Notes: a model not told the origin generated them from the letters alone. A DNA stretch of 54,063 nucleotides from Kiritimatiellia bacterium (GCA_036651955.1 JAVVWU010000006.1:1-54063), one strand, 5' to 3'. Positions 19,804-30,383 are shown, counted from the stretch's first letter. Program-made: numbers and translations.

Positions 19804-20931
19804 ATGGCAAAGGAATCCTCATCTCTTCTGAAACAGTATGACCGTCTTGCGGCGGTGCTTGTTTTGGCGATTTTACTGATTTCTCTCTGTTACCTTGTCT
19901 TTGCCGGACTTGGACAGCAAAAGAAAGTCAGAACGTATGATGGCAGTTTAGAAAACCGGAAACCGTCCAACGCGCAGATTGACGCGGCAAATCTTTCCGA
20001 TGCGGAAATGGAATTTAAGAAAGTCCAGAATCCGGGCACTGCCAAGCTTCTCCTCAATGTAAAGTCCGATCCCGATGCGCCCAATCTCTGTACGCCGGAA
20101 CGTCGTTTGCTCTGTGTCGGCTGTGCGCAGCCGATTTCATGGAGTGCAAAAGTTTGCCTGACGTGCAAGGCGAAGCAGCCGGAAGAAAACAAGATTGATC
20201 TCTCAACGGTCGATTCCGATGGCGATGGAATGTTTGACCCGTGGGAAATCGAAAACGGACTGAATCACACCAACGAGAAAGATGCCGATCTCGACAATGA
20301 CAATGACGGGTTTACGAACCTTGAAGAGTTTGAAGCCAAAAGCAACCCTCGCGACCCGAAGAGCCATCCCGGTTATGAAACACGGATGAAGCTTGAAGGA
20401 ATTGTCGGTGACAAGCTTCCGCTTCGCGTCATTGATGTGATGGAATTGCCCTCGTCGAAAGATGAAAAAGGCACGATGGAGCGTCACTATCTGTTGACCT
20501 TTGTCAGTGTCGATGCCGATGGAAAGTCGGGGCAAAAGCCGTTACGCGTGAAGACGGGTGCAATGGTTGGAAATTCCGGTTTCCGCGTCGTTCGCTATCA
20601 CGATTTGCCGCTCAAGCAGATTAAAGTTGGCAAGCACGAACAAGTTCGCTTTGTCAAAGTTTCCACCATTGACTTGGAACGTGTGGCAGATCGTAAGAAA
20701 GCGACACTGACCTTCTTTGATGCTAAAAATCCCGATTGGCAGGGAGAGCCTTTGCTCGAACAAAAGGCAACGATTGCGATTGATTTACCGGAAGTGAAAC
20801 CGGTGACTGTTGCCGCTGGTGCAGGATTCACTGTAAAAGGTGAAAAGTACACCGTTCTCAGCGTGAATGCTGAGAAAAAGAAAGTCTTGATCGAGAAAGT
20901 TTCGGACAAGAAAAGTTTTGAGTTGAAGTAA
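19804..20931 (+). CDS. Amuc_1099-like pilus system protein with DxDxDG Ca-binding repeats and a Zn ribbon
   Basis: TM helix, CVGC-x10-CLTC, DSDGDGMFDPWE and DNDNDGFTNLEE...SNPRDPKSHP. Confidence 0.7.
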   Translation: MAKESSSLLKQYDRLAAVLVLAILLISLCYLVFAGLGQQKKVRTYDGSLENRKPSNAQIDAANLSDAEMEFKKVQNPGTAKLLLNVKSDPDAPNLCTPERRLLCVGCAQPISWSAKVCLTCKAKQPEENKIDLSTVDSDGDGMFDPWEIENGLNHTNEKDADLDNDNDGFTNLEEFEAKSNPRDPKSHPGYETRMKLEGIVGDKLPLRVIDVMELPSSKDEKGTMERHYLLTFVSVDADGKSGQKPLRVKTGAMVGNSGFRVVRYHDLPLKQIKVGKHEQVRFVKVSTIDLERVADRKKATLTFFDAKNPDWQGEPLLEQKATIAIDLPEVKPVTVAAGAGFTVKGEKYTVLSVNAEKKKVLIEKVSDKKSFELK

Positions 20932-21006
20932 CCGTTGTGTTGGTCTATACTAATTCAACGATTTAGGAACGGGCGAGTTGCCCGACAGTTGCGGAGAATA
21001 CGTGCT

Positions 21007-24000
21007 ATGACACACTTTGTGCGCTTGACAATACTCGGTGCTATGATCGCCGGAGCTTCTGTTTACGGACTTGCTCAAGACGATGATCTTGACGCCCTCC
21101 TTGGGGGACTTGCGGATGAGTCTGCCATTGAGCAAGCCGATACGCCGGAAAAAGCAGCTGACCCCGCAGCGGATGCCGATCCCGCGGTTGAGCCTGCTGT
21201 CGAGGAGCCAAAGGCGGAAGACGTTGCCGCAGAGGAGCCTTCAGTGGAAGCTGATGAGCCTGCGGTAGAGGAACCGGCGGCTGAAGAAGAACCGGCAACC
21301 GCTGAGACCGACGAAGGCAAGCCCGTCGGAGAAGAACCGAAGGCAGAAGAAGGAACGGCAGCGCCAGCGTCCGAAGCCGATAAATCTGCCCCGCTGATTG
21401 GTGATGCAAAGGTTGAAGATGTCCTCGGTGAAGATGAGCGTATGCAGAACGAACTTGATACGCTGGAACTGCTTCGCCAAAAAGGACTTGATATTCACGC
21501 GTATGCCTGTTTGGATACGGCGCGGAAATTGATGACGACGCCACCTCCTGCAGGGAAGGCGTTTGATCAATATAAAGAAGCCATTAAGATGTATTCTGAT
21601 GCGCAGCGTTTCTTCCGTCAGCGCGATGAAAACATTCCAGCTCAAGATGAATGTCGCAAAGGTATTCGTGAAGCCAAGTATCGTCAGGCAACTGCACTGT
21701 TCCTTGATAAGGAATACAAGAAGGCATTGGATCTTGCACAGCAAGTGGCAAAAGAAGGTCATGAATTTGGCGCACAGTTGGTGAAAGAAATCGAAGAGGC
21801 GATGAATAAGCCGATTGAAATCGTTCCGGAGCCCAAGTTGCCGACATATGCCACAGACGAATATAAGGCGTTGCGTGTCGAAATCAACGATCGTATGAAA
21901 CGCGCGACAACGTATTTCCATGTGGGGAACTACGATGCAGCACGTCAGCAGATTGAACTTATTCTTCGTGCCGATCCCGATAATGAATCTGCTATCAATT
22001 TGCGTGCTCGTATCGGTCGCTGGACGGCGGCGCGCTCGAATGAACTGAAGCTTGCAACGCACGATGTCCTGATTGATCAGGTCAATAAGAATTGGACACC
22101 GCGTGGACATTTGGGTGCCGATTCCGAAGAACTTTATGCACCTAAAGTTTCGACGAGTGGTCAACGCCCTGTCGTAGATGGTGGTAAAGTCGAAGAGCAG
22201 AAAATTCTTGCAAAGTTGAACTACATCCGTCTGCCTGAATTTTCTATCCGCCCGCCGAGTACATTGGCTGATGCGGTAGATCTTTTCTCGAATATGGCAA
22301 AAACGTACGATAAGCCCGAACTGGCACCGGAAGATAAAGGCGTATCGTTTGTTTTGAGCATGGGCAATGCGAAGCCGGCTGCAACGGAAGAGTCTGCCGA
22401 TCCGTTTGCGACTCCGGGTGCAACGGCGTCTGGACTTCCGCCCATTCAGAACATTTCGATGAACTGGGTGACGCTCAAAGAAGCACTTGATATGGTCTGT
22501 GAAGTGACCGGCTCCAAGTACGTCGTTAAGAATAAAACGGTCATGATTGTTCCTGCCAACTATGTTGACGGTAAGATGGAAACGCGTTCTTACAACGTAA
22601 TGTCCTCCTTCGTCGAAAAAGTCGGGCAAATGTCGGGCGAAATTGCATCGGGATCGTCGGCGAGTGATGCGTGGTCAACAACGTCCACAACGGAAGCCTC
22701 TACCGGTGGAACTTCTGATTCTGAATCGTGGAAAAAGCTGTTCACCGATCTTGGCGTTTCTTTTGAAGGTAAAGCCTCAATTGTTTATCTGCCGTCAATC
22801 GGCAAGCTTCGTGTGACGAATACGCCGGAAAACTTGGCACTCTTCGAGAATATCTTGGAAGAGTTGAACGTCACGCCGTATCAGATTGAAGTCGAAGCGC
22901 GTTTCGTTGAGGTCAGCCAAAACGACTTGAACTCTTTGGGATTTGAATGGCAGCTGAACCAGGACATCTCCGGCACGGTCGGTTCCGGTATCGACTGGAC
23001 TTCGCAAAAGATTTTGGGCAATACACACGGCGGTGAATCTGCCGGTGGCATCGGTGCGGGCGGTCGTCCAGTCTTCCGTAACGGAGCTACGGGCGGCACA
23101 GGCTCTGACAATGTCGTAATTCATGGTGGTGCATTGAATCAAGGTATGCGCTTCTTGGGTGATGGTGCTGCCGATGCCAGCCGTATCAACCTTGGAAATA
23201 GCGCACTTGCTCCGAATGACCAGTTTGCAACGTTCTCCGCGGTCTTTGGCAAGGTGGATATGACGATGATCCTTCATATGCTCGCTCAGCGTACTGATAC
23301 CGATATGTTGTCCAGCCCGAAGGTGCTCGCACGTCCCGGTCAGGAGGCGCTCATCCGTGTCGTCACGGAATGGATCTATCCGACCGAATTTGACGTTACC
23401 GAATTGGAAGAAGCCGATACGAATAATGACAATAACAATGCCGTTATTGGTGGCGGTGGCATTCAAGTCACGCCTCCGCCGGTTAAGTTTGCGGTAGAGC
23501 CTCAATCTTTTGAAAAGACTGATGTCGGTGTGACGCTCCAAGTCGTTCCGGAAGTCTCTCAGGAAGGTCAAATGATCAACCTGCTGGTGAATCCCAAAGT
23601 GGTGGAATACCTCGGTGACTTCGAGTATGGTATGAAAGTGCCTTACGTTGATTACTCCGTCGGTTTACTGGGTGTCACCGGCGCACAAATCGCCTACTAT
23701 CAAGTGTCGATGCCTCAGCCGAAGTTCCATTACCGTGAAATCTCCACCTATCTCTCGGTCTACAACGGTTCGACCGTGGTCATGGGCGGTCTCATTACGG
23801 AAAAGCGTAACTCCTTTGAAGACAAAGTGCCAATCTTGGGCGACCTTCCGTTCGTTGGCTTCCTCTTCCGTTCCAAAGGTGAATTTAGCGAGAAGCGCAA
23901 CCTCTTGATTTTCTTGACGGCGCGCCTTGTGGATCCGGCAGGTCGTCCGTTGAAGACGGCAACCGACGGGCGTACCGGTACGGCGGCAATCGATGCCGGA

Positions 24001-24054
24001 ACCGAATCGTCAACGACGATGGGCGCCACGGCGGCAACACCCACTGCGAACTAA
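21007..24054 (+). CDS. Secretin (PilQ/GspD family, Amuc_1098-like) with acidic N-terminal region and TPRs
   Basis: QIEVEARFVEV, LSSPKV, DVGVTLQVVP, TVVMGGLI, KVPILGDLPFVGFLFRS, NLLIFLTARLV; signal peptide. Confidence 0.9.
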   Translation: MTHFVRLTILGAMIAGASVYGLAQDDDLDALLGGLADESAIEQADTPEKAADPAADADPAVEPAVEEPKAEDVAAEEPSVEADEPAVEEPAAEEEPATAETDEGKPVGEEPKAEEGTAAPASEADKSAPLIGDAKVEDVLGEDERMQNELDTLELLRQKGLDIHAYACLDTARKLMTTPPPAGKAFDQYKEAIKMYSDAQRFFRQRDENIPAQDECRKGIREAKYRQATALFLDKEYKKALDLAQQVAKEGHEFGAQLVKEIEEAMNKPIEIVPEPKLPTYATDEYKALRVEINDRMKRATTYFHVGNYDAARQQIELILRADPDNESAINLRARIGRWTAARSNELKLATHDVLIDQVNKNWTPRGHLGADSEELYAPKVSTSGQRPVVDGGKVEEQKILAKLNYIRLPEFSIRPPSTLADAVDLFSNMAKTYDKPELAPEDKGVSFVLSMGNAKPAATEESADPFATPGATASGLPPIQNISMNWVTLKEALDMVCEVTGSKYVVKNKTVMIVPANYVDGKMETRSYNVMSSFVEKVGQMSGEIASGSSASDAWSTTSTTEASTGGTSDSESWKKLFTDLGVSFEGKASIVYLPSIGKLRVTNTPENLALFENILEELNVTPYQIEVEARFVEVSQNDLNSLGFEWQLNQDISGTVGSGIDWTSQKILGNTHGGESAGGIGAGGRPVFRNGATGGTGSDNVVIHGGALNQGMRFLGDGAADASRINLGNSALAPNDQFATFSAVFGKVDMTMILHMLAQRTDTDMLSSPKVLARPGQEALIRVVTEWIYPTEFDVTELEEADTNNDNNNAVIGGGGIQVTPPPVKFAVEPQSFEKTDVGVTLQVVPEVSQEGQMINLLVNPKVVEYLGDFEYGMKVPYVDYSVGLLGVTGAQIAYYQVSMPQPKFHYREISTYLSVYNGSTVVMGGLITEKRNSFEDKVPILGDLPFVGFLFRSKGEFSEKRNLLIFLTARLVDPAGRPLKTATDGRTGTAAIDAGTESSTTMGATAATPTAN

Positions 24055-24075
24055 GAGCGCCTCTCTTCTCTTCTC

Positions 24076-24100
24076 AAAGCCACCTTCGGGTGGCTTTTTT
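24076..24100 (+). terminator. Rho-independent terminator of the pilus-like operon
   Basis: AAAGCCACC-TTCG-GGTGGCTTT followed by TTT (UUCG loop). Confidence 0.88.
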
Positions 24101-24330
24101 AATTGGGAGCTCTTGGGCTAGAGTAGCGTGCGAAGGCGACGATGGGGATGAGGCGCCTCGCGTAGTGGCGACAGTTTGTCGTTCGTATGGACCTCTCTTT
24201 CACCATCTTGCATCGGCGGCAATCGGCATAGCCTATCAGCCGACGCGAGTGCGCGCCCAATCTCGCCTCTTTTTCCCGATTCTGCCATTCCAACTTGCTC
24301 ATCGCGAGTACGCCAACGGCGAGTCGTAAC

Positions 24331-24580
24331 GCTTGCCGCGCGCTCCACCTAATCTCCTTTGCAGTGCAACTCATATCTGTTGACCTTTCCTTGCCAAACT
24401 TCACGGAGCGCGGGAGTAGGGCGGCGTTTATCGCCCTTGCAATCGCGCTCGCTTGCCGCGCGTTCTCGTCTTGCCTCCTTTACTGTGCAACGCTCTTCTA
24501 TTGACCTTCGCTTGTCAGAGTTCACGGAGCGCGGGAGTAGGGCGACTTTTATCCTCTTTGCAGTCGCGCCCGCTTGCCGC
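24331..24580. repeat. Diverged ~121-bp tandem duplication
   Basis: GCTTGCCGC at 24331, 24451 and 24572. Identical 24-bp core TTCACGGAGCGCGGGAGTAGGGCG at 24400 and 24521. Confidence 0.85.
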
Positions 24581-24663
24581 ACGTAACGTGAGGCGCAGAT
24601 GCTCTTGTTAAAAATTTGCTATACTTTATTTAGTTAACGGAGTGCTTAAAGAAAGGATATACG

Positions 24664-25641
24664 ATGAAAGTTTTTAATCTGATCGGATGTTTTTTTGCTG
24701 GACCGGTGAAGTTAATCGGTCGAGGGCTTGCCTGCTGTTTTTGTTGGCTCGGTTGGCTTTGGAACTTACTTCCTTGCATACTCCGTCGTCCGTTTGCGAT
24801 GCTTTATGGTTGTTTGCCTGTACGCATTCTGCGTAAGACGCTGTTTGTTGTCATTTGTTTCCTCTTTTGGTTCATTCTCTTTGTTCTCGCAGGAGGATTG
24901 GGACCGACCGTGCGTTATGCGGTGCCACCGATTGCGAAGATGTTTCATGTGCCGTTGACCATTGATCGTTGCGTCATCCTTCCGTTGGGTGGTTACGTGA
25001 ACATTGAAGGGGTAACGGTGGCGAATCCGAAGTTTTTCCTCGAACAGAAGCCTCGTGTGTATGCCGAGACGCCGTTGGTAAAGTTGGGACAGGTGAAGTT
25101 TGACTTTGCAATGCGTTCGCTTTTCACGAGCGAACTGCAAGTGGATGAGATTCTTTTGACCGGATTGGATGCGCTCTATGCGTGCGATCTTGATACGACC
25201 AACGTGGATCAGCTGATTAAAGAAATTGTCGGCGAACCGTCTGCCGAGGCTCCGGCGCCAGCGCCGGAAGAAGCGCCAACAGCGGAAGAACCGGTTGCAA
25301 AGAATCAAGCGCCGGCGCCGAAAATCAACATTGCCTATGTTCATCTTGAGAACAATCGCGTGGAGTTTCGTAAGTTTATAACGATTCCTTTGCCGTTGCC
25401 GCCTTTGACGCTTCACAATGTGGACAACCATTCATTGAAGGAGCATATTGACGGCGTGGTGAAACCAATTGTTTCGACTTATCAGACGTTTTCCAAAGGT
25501 TTCGGTAAGGGGTTGACGACGGCTGAAGAGGATGCGAAAGCGGTCGGGAAAGAAATCTCCGAAGATGCCGCCGCGATGGAAGAAGGCGTTGTCCATGGCG
25601 CAGAAGCTACCGTTGAAGGAATTAAAAATCTCTTTCGATAA
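24664..25641 (+). CDS. AsmA-like membrane-anchored protein
   Basis: Hydrophobic Cys-rich N-terminus and AsmA-type V(A)NP-x-F...SLF-x3-(L)QVDEI-L pattern. Confidence 0.6.
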   Translation: MKVFNLIGCFFAGPVKLIGRGLACCFCWLGWLWNLLPCILRRPFAMLYGCLPVRILRKTLFVVICFLFWFILFVLAGGLGPTVRYAVPPIAKMFHVPLTIDRCVILPLGGYVNIEGVTVANPKFFLEQKPRVYAETPLVKLGQVKFDFAMRSLFTSELQVDEILLTGLDALYACDLDTTNVDQLIKEIVGEPSAEAPAPAPEEAPTAEEPVAKNQAPAPKINIAYVHLENNRVEFRKFITIPLPLPPLTLHNVDNHSLKEHIDGVVKPIVSTYQTFSKGFGKGLTTAEEDAKAVGKEISEDAAAMEEGVVHGAEATVEGIKNLFR

Positions 25642-25659
25642 GCTCCTGAGGAGTAAAGG

Positions 25660-25696
25660 AGGCGCTTCGTCGTAACGACGGGGCGCCTTTTGTTTT
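25660..25696 (+). terminator. Rho-independent terminator
   Basis: AGGCGCTTCGTCG-TAA-CGACGGGGCGCCT followed by TTTGTTTT. Confidence 0.8.
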
Positions 25697-25987
25697 GCGG
25701 ACTACGACTGCGCCGCCTGCTTTTAGAAAAGCGGAGGGAGCACTTTTCATTGACAATTCAAGGGCGCGGTGCTACTTTATGTCATCCATTGAGTTCTCGT
25801 AGCTCCGTGGAGGTGAGCACCTCTTTGATAAGGAGGGCGCTCGGATTGATTCGTTCGCAGGATGGGCAAAAGTTTCAGATTGACCTCATGCTGGGGTTGT
25901 GCTATATTTGCTCGACTTTCTTATGGAGAATTGTCTCTGCGACCGTTCAATATGAGAGAAGGAAAGGGCGCATTTGTGCGCATTTGT

Positions 25988-26063
<76 letters not shown>

Positions 26064-26108
26064 TTACACAGGCAACCACAGAACTTCTGTTCACAGGAGA
26101 AGAAGAAA

Positions 26109-27314
26109 ATGGCTAAAGAAAACTTTGAACGCGGCGATAAAGTCCACGTCAATGTCGGCACGATCGGCCACGTCGACCATGGTAAGACCACGTTGACCGC
26201 CGCTATCACACATGTGCAGGCTCTTAAGGGGCTCAGCACTGAAATCAAGTATGACGAAGTCGCCAAAGCCTCTGAGTCTGCTGGTCGCCGCGATGCGAAG
26301 AAGATTGTTACGATCGCCACGGCACACGTTGAATACTGCACCCCCGTCCGTCACTATGCACACGTTGACTGCCCCGGCCATGCTGACTATGTGAAGAACA
26401 TGATCACAGGCGCGGCACAGATGGATGCTGCAATCCTTCTCTGCGCGGCAGATACAGGTGTGATGCCTCAGACGCGTGAGCACGTGTTGCTCGCCCGCCA
26501 GGTCGGCGTTCCCCGCATTATCGTTTTCATGAACAAGATTGACCTTGTTGATGACGCAGAACTTCTCGACCTCGTCGAAATGGAAGTTCAAGAGCTTCTC
26601 GAAAAGTATGGTTACGAAGGCTGCCCCATTATCCGTGGCTGCGCGTATCCTGCGACCCAAGCCAAGACGGTTGATGATCCGGCGTGCAAGTGCATCGACG
26701 AGCTCATGAATACGCTTGACACCTACATTCCTGATCCGGTTCGTTTGATTGACCAGGCTTTCCTGTTGCCGATCGAAGACGTGTTCTCCATCGAAGGTCG
26801 TGGCACCGTTGTGACCGGCCGTGTCGAACGTGGCATCATCAAGGTTGGCGAAGATGTCGAAATCATCGGCATTCACCCCACCCAGAAGACGACCGTTACC
26901 GGTGTTGAAATGTTCCGTAAGCTTCTGGATCAAGGCCAGGCGGGCGACAATGTCGGCTGCTTGCTCCGTGGTACGAAGAAGGAAGATGTTGAGCGCGGCA
27001 TGGTTCTCGCCAAGCCCGGTTCCATCACGCCTCATACGGACTTCACGGGTAACGTTTACGTCCTCACCAAAGAAGAAGGTGGTCGTCATACGCCGTTCTT
27101 CAAGGGCTATCGTCCCCAGTTCTACATTCGTACGACAGACGTCACCGGTGACATTACGCTTCCTGAAGGCACCGAGATGGTCATGCCGGGCGACAACATT
27201 GCAATCTCCGTCACGTTGATTGCACCTGTTGCTCTCGAAGAAAAGATGCGCTTCGCCATTCGCGAAGGTGGCAAGACGGTCGGCGCCGGTACGGTCGACA
27301 AGATTACCAAGTAA
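26109..27314 (+). CDS. tuf: Elongation factor Tu
   Basis: [43 protein letters not shown]. Confidence 0.99.
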   Translation: MAKENFERGDKVHVNVGTIGHVDHGKTTLTAAITHVQALKGLSTEIKYDEVAKASESAGRRDAKKIVTIATAHVEYCTPVRHYAHVDCPGHADYVKNMITGAAQMDAAILLCAADTGVMPQTREHVLLARQVGVPRIIVFMNKIDLVDDAELLDLVEMEVQELLEKYGYEGCPIIRGCAYPATQAKTVDDPACKCIDELMNTLDTYIPDPVRLIDQAFLLPIEDVFSIEGRGTVVTGRVERGIIKVGEDVEIIGIHPTQKTTVTGVEMFRKLLDQGQAGDNVGCLLRGTKKEDVERGMVLAKPGSITPHTDFTGNVYVLTKEEGGRHTPFFKGYRPQFYIRTTDVTGDITLPEGTEMVMPGDNIAISVTLIAPVALEEKMRFAIREGGKTVGAGTVDKITK

Positions 27315-27397
27315 GTAGTCCGCTCCTGTGAATAGCCGCGCCCCGGGGCGGAAGCCCTGCCTCGGGGCGGTTCTTTCAGGAAGAAAGGGTTCATAAA

Positions 27398-27550
27398 ATG
27401 TCTCGCGAACTCGCAATTTTGGCTTGCACTGAATGCAAGCGCCGCAACTATACGACGACACGCAACAAGAAGACGCAGACCGAACGCGTTGAACTTCTGA
27501 AGTTCTGCCCGTTTGAGAAGAAGCGTACCTTGCACCGCGAAACGAAGTAA
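27398..27550 (+). CDS. rpmG: 50S ribosomal protein L33 (absent from the ORF track)
   Basis: [50 protein letters not shown]. Confidence 0.96.
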   Translation: MSRELAILACTECKRRNYTTTRNKKTQTERVELLKFCPFEKKRTLHRETK

Positions 27551-27568
27551 CATTAGCGGTTCAGCCAT

Positions 27569-27642
27569 AGGGTAGTAGTTCAATGGCAGAGCAGCAGTCT
27601 CCAAAACTGCCTATGGGGGTTCGACTCCCTCCTACCCTGCCA
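27569..27642 (+). tRNA. tRNA-Trp(CCA)
   Basis: Acceptor AGGGTAG/CTACCCT, anticodon arm GCAGT-CTCCAAA-ACTGC, GGTTCGACTCC, CCA end; lies between rpmG and secE. Confidence 0.96.
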
Positions 27643-27663
27643 TACAAGAAACCGGATAACAAT

Positions 27664-27858
27664 ATGTTTGATAAAGTAAAACGATTCCTCGGCGATGTGG
27701 GGTTGGAAGGCAAGCGAATCACTTGGCCCAGCCGTCATGAATTGGTCGACTCGACCTTCGTGGTAATCGTCTTTATTGTGTTACTCGCCATTGTCATCAT
27801 GGCGTGCGACGAAGTCATCCGGACCGCTCTTAAGATGATTTTGGGCGGTCAGGCGTAA
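27664..27858 (+). CDS. secE: Preprotein translocase subunit SecE
   Basis: EGKRITWPSRHEL motif, single TM, canonical synteny. Confidence 0.94.
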   Translation: MFDKVKRFLGDVGLEGKRITWPSRHELVDSTFVVIVFIVLLAIVIMACDEVIRTALKMILGGQA

Positions 27859-27885
27859 GCCTCCACCCCACCAAGGACGCGCGCA

Positions 27886-28521
27886 ATGGCAGAGATGCAG
27901 AAGCAATGGTATGTGCTCCAAACCCTTACAGGGCAAGAGCAAAAGGCGCAGCGTCAGATTGTCGCCCAAGCACGCAGCGCAGGAATGTTTGAATATTTCG
28001 ATATTCCTGCTGAGCCGACGAGAAATGAAGTCCTCAACGACTTGAATGTCGTCGTTCCTACCGAAAAAGTAGCCGAAGTTAAGGATGGCAAGAAGCGCGT
28101 GATTACACGCAAGTTGTGCCCCGGCTACGTGCTGGCGCATATGGCGTTGTATCTCGACGATGCACAGAAGCAAATCAATCAAGAGCTTTGGCAGTTCGTC
28201 CAAGCGATTCCCGGTGTGATCGGGTTTTTGGGCGGCACGAGTACCAAACCTCGTCCCATTAGTGATGCCGAAGCGTCAGATCTTCTGCACCGCGTGGCGG
28301 CTGAGGAAAACAAGCCCAAGCTCAAAGTTATTTTCCAGATCGGTGAAACCGTACGTATCGTTGATGGTCCATTTATGAACTTCAATGGCACGGTGGATCA
28401 GATCGATCCTGATAGTGGACGTTTGCAGATTTCCGTTTCTATTTTCGGACGCAGCGCCCCTGTCACGCTTGAATACTGGCAAGTGGAGCGATTCACTGAC
28501 CACCCCGAAGGCGTCCTTTAA
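27886..28521 (+). CDS. nusG: Transcription termination/antitermination factor NusG
   Basis: WYVLQT..GQE, PGYVL, PGVIGFLG, KOW motif GETVRIVDGPF, IFGR. Confidence 0.97.
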   Translation: MAEMQKQWYVLQTLTGQEQKAQRQIVAQARSAGMFEYFDIPAEPTRNEVLNDLNVVVPTEKVAEVKDGKKRVITRKLCPGYVLAHMALYLDDAQKQINQELWQFVQAIPGVIGFLGGTSTKPRPISDAEASDLLHRVAAEENKPKLKVIFQIGETVRIVDGPFMNFNGTVDQIDPDSGRLQISVSIFGRSAPVTLEYWQVERFTDHPEGVL

Positions 28522-28579
28522 CGCATTCGGTTGTATTCAAACGTCTCGTTGACGGTCGTGCGTTTGTACCGGGCAAGGA

Positions 28580-28605
28580 TCCCCGGGAGCGCGGCATAAA
28601 ACACA
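28580..28605 (+). promoter_or_regulatory. Possible L1-binding autoregulatory site in the rplK leader
   Basis: GGGAG...TAAAAC motif just upstream of the rplK RBS resembles L1 kink-turn targets. Structure not verified. Confidence 0.3.
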
Positions 28606-28617
28606 AAGGACCCGCAC

Positions 28618-29043
28618 ATGGCTAAGAAAGTCACTGGGATGGTCAAGCTCCAGATTCCTGCCGGAGCAGCAAATCCCGCACCGCCCGTTGGACCTGCATT
28701 AGGTTCACAAGGCGTGAACATTATGGCGTTCTGCAAAGAATTTAACGCCAAGACGCAAGATAAGGGCGGCATGGTAATTCCCGTGGTCATCACGGTTTAT
28801 GCCGATCGCTCCTTCACCTTCATTTTGAAGAGCCCACCTGCTTCCGCGCTCATCAAGAAATATGCTAATGCCGCCAAAGGTTCGGGAAAGCCGAACGTTG
28901 ACAAAGTTGGCAAAATTACGCGCGCCCAAATTGCCGAAATCATCAAGATTAAGGCTGAGGACCTCAACGCCACCGATCCCGCCGCCGCTGCGCGCATGAT
29001 CGAAGGCACCGCACGCCAAATGGGCGTGGATGTCATTGACTAA
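28618..29043 (+). CDS. rplK: 50S ribosomal protein L11
   Basis: [29 protein letters not shown]. Confidence 0.98.
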   Translation: MAKKVTGMVKLQIPAGAANPAPPVGPALGSQGVNIMAFCKEFNAKTQDKGGMVIPVVITVYADRSFTFILKSPPASALIKKYANAAKGSGKPNVDKVGKITRAQIAEIIKIKAEDLNATDPAAAARMIEGTARQMGVDVID

Positions 29044-29057
29044 GGAGCGCGACTATT

Positions 29058-29741
29058 ATGGCTAAACACAGTAAGAAATATCAGGATGCCCTCAAGAAAG
29101 CCCCTCATGGAGCCGTTGCTCTCACTGAAGCGGTCGCTTTCATCAAGGCACATCCGGGTGCAAAATTTGACGAAACCGTCGATGTGGGTCTCCGCCTTGG
29201 CGTGGATGCTGCAAAGAGTGACCAAGCCGTTCGCGGTGTGGTGCATTTACCTCACGGTACCGGTAAGCACGTGCGTGTCATCGTTTTCGCCGCTGGCGAT
29301 ATGGCGGATGCCGCAAAGGCTGCTGGCGCTGATCAAGTCGGTCTCGAAGACCTTCTCGAAAAGGTCAAGGGCGGTTGGACAGATTTTGACGTTGCGATTG
29401 CTACCATCGATGCGATGAAGCAAGTTCGTACCGTCGCCCGTGTCCTCGGACCGCGTGGTTTGATGCCGAACCCCAAGACGGGAACGGTTACCGACGATGT
29501 TGCTGCTGCCGTTAAGGCTGCGCAGGCTGGTAAAGTGGACTTCCGTATGGATCGCAGCGGCAACGTTTGCGTCCCTGCTGGCAAGCTCAGCTTCTCCGCC
29601 GACCAACTCGTTGACAATCTGACCGCCATTATTGAGGCTGTTCGTCATGAGCGTCCTGCCGCCGCGAAGGGCGTCTTCCTCCGCAGTTGCACCGTTAGCC
29701 CCTCCATGGGTGTTGGCGTGCGCGTCCTCGTGAAGGAGTAA
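29058..29741 (+). CDS. rplA: 50S ribosomal protein L1
   Basis: [30 protein letters not shown]. Confidence 0.98.
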   Translation: MAKHSKKYQDALKKAPHGAVALTEAVAFIKAHPGAKFDETVDVGLRLGVDAAKSDQAVRGVVHLPHGTGKHVRVIVFAAGDMADAAKAAGADQVGLEDLLEKVKGGWTDFDVAIATIDAMKQVRTVARVLGPRGLMPNPKTGTVTDDVAAAVKAAQAGKVDFRMDRSGNVCVPAGKLSFSADQLVDNLTAIIEAVRHERPAAAKGVFLRSCTVSPSMGVGVRVLVKE

Positions 29742-29745
29742 CACA

Positions 29746-30309
29746 ATGTCCAATCAGAAAAAACGCCCGGAAGTCATCGCCATCTACAAGGAAGTCACCG
29801 ACTTTCTGACCGGTAAAGACTTTGCCTTTTTGCTGAACTTTGGTGGTTTGACCGTGACGCAAATCGCGGACTTACGTCGCCAGTTGGCTCCTAAGCAAGC
29901 CGAAATGATGGTGATTAAGAATACCTTTATCACCAAGATTCTTGGCGAACAGGGAATCACTTTCGCTGAAGGCATTCTCACCGGACCGACGGCAGTCATC
30001 ACCGGCTGTGGTGATATCGCCGAAACGGCAAAGATCGTTGTTGATTTTGTGAAAGCCAATGAGCTTGCCTCTATCAAGGCAGGACTTTTGGAGAAGAACG
30101 TTCTCAGCGTCGCTGAGATTACGACACTCTCCGAACTCATTTCGCTCGCAGCCCAGCAGGCGCGCCTCCTCGGCACCTTGCAGGCTCCTGCTTCACAAAT
30201 GGCGCGTGTGCTTCAAGCCAAGGTCGACAAGGCCAGCGAAGAAGAAGCTCCCGCACCTACACCCCCTCCCGCCGAAGGCACTCCTGCCGAAGGCACCCCT
30301 GCGGTCTAA
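29746..30309 (+). CDS. rplJ: 50S ribosomal protein L10
   Basis: GLTV..I..LRRQL, VIKNT, LTGPTA; synteny between rplA and rplL. Confidence 0.93.
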   Translation: MSNQKKRPEVIAIYKEVTDFLTGKDFAFLLNFGGLTVTQIADLRRQLAPKQAEMMVIKNTFITKILGEQGITFAEGILTGPTAVITGCGDIAETAKIVVDFVKANELASIKAGLLEKNVLSVAEITTLSELISLAAQQARLLGTLQAPASQMARVLQAKVDKASEEEAPAPTPPPAEGTPAEGTPAV

Positions 30310-30383
30310 CCGCAGTGTCGTAAAAGCAAGAATCCTCCCAACGCTTGACGTTGGGCGGTTGCACAAACAGAAAGAACAAAGAA

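Noticed and set aside
21120-21400. Repeat element inside the secretin gene
   Set aside because: It is an in-frame, degenerate Ala/Glu/Pro-rich linker (AEEP-like units), not a DNA element.
24331-24580. CRISPR array interpretation of the 24-bp identical cores
   Set aside because: There are only two cores, the intervening sequences are homologous rather than unique spacers, and no cas genes are present.
26091-27461. 456-aa antisense ORF over tuf, and similar long antisense ORFs at 21241-22629 and 17175-18470
   Set aside because: These are shadow ORFs caused by codon bias of the well-supported sense genes and carry no motifs.
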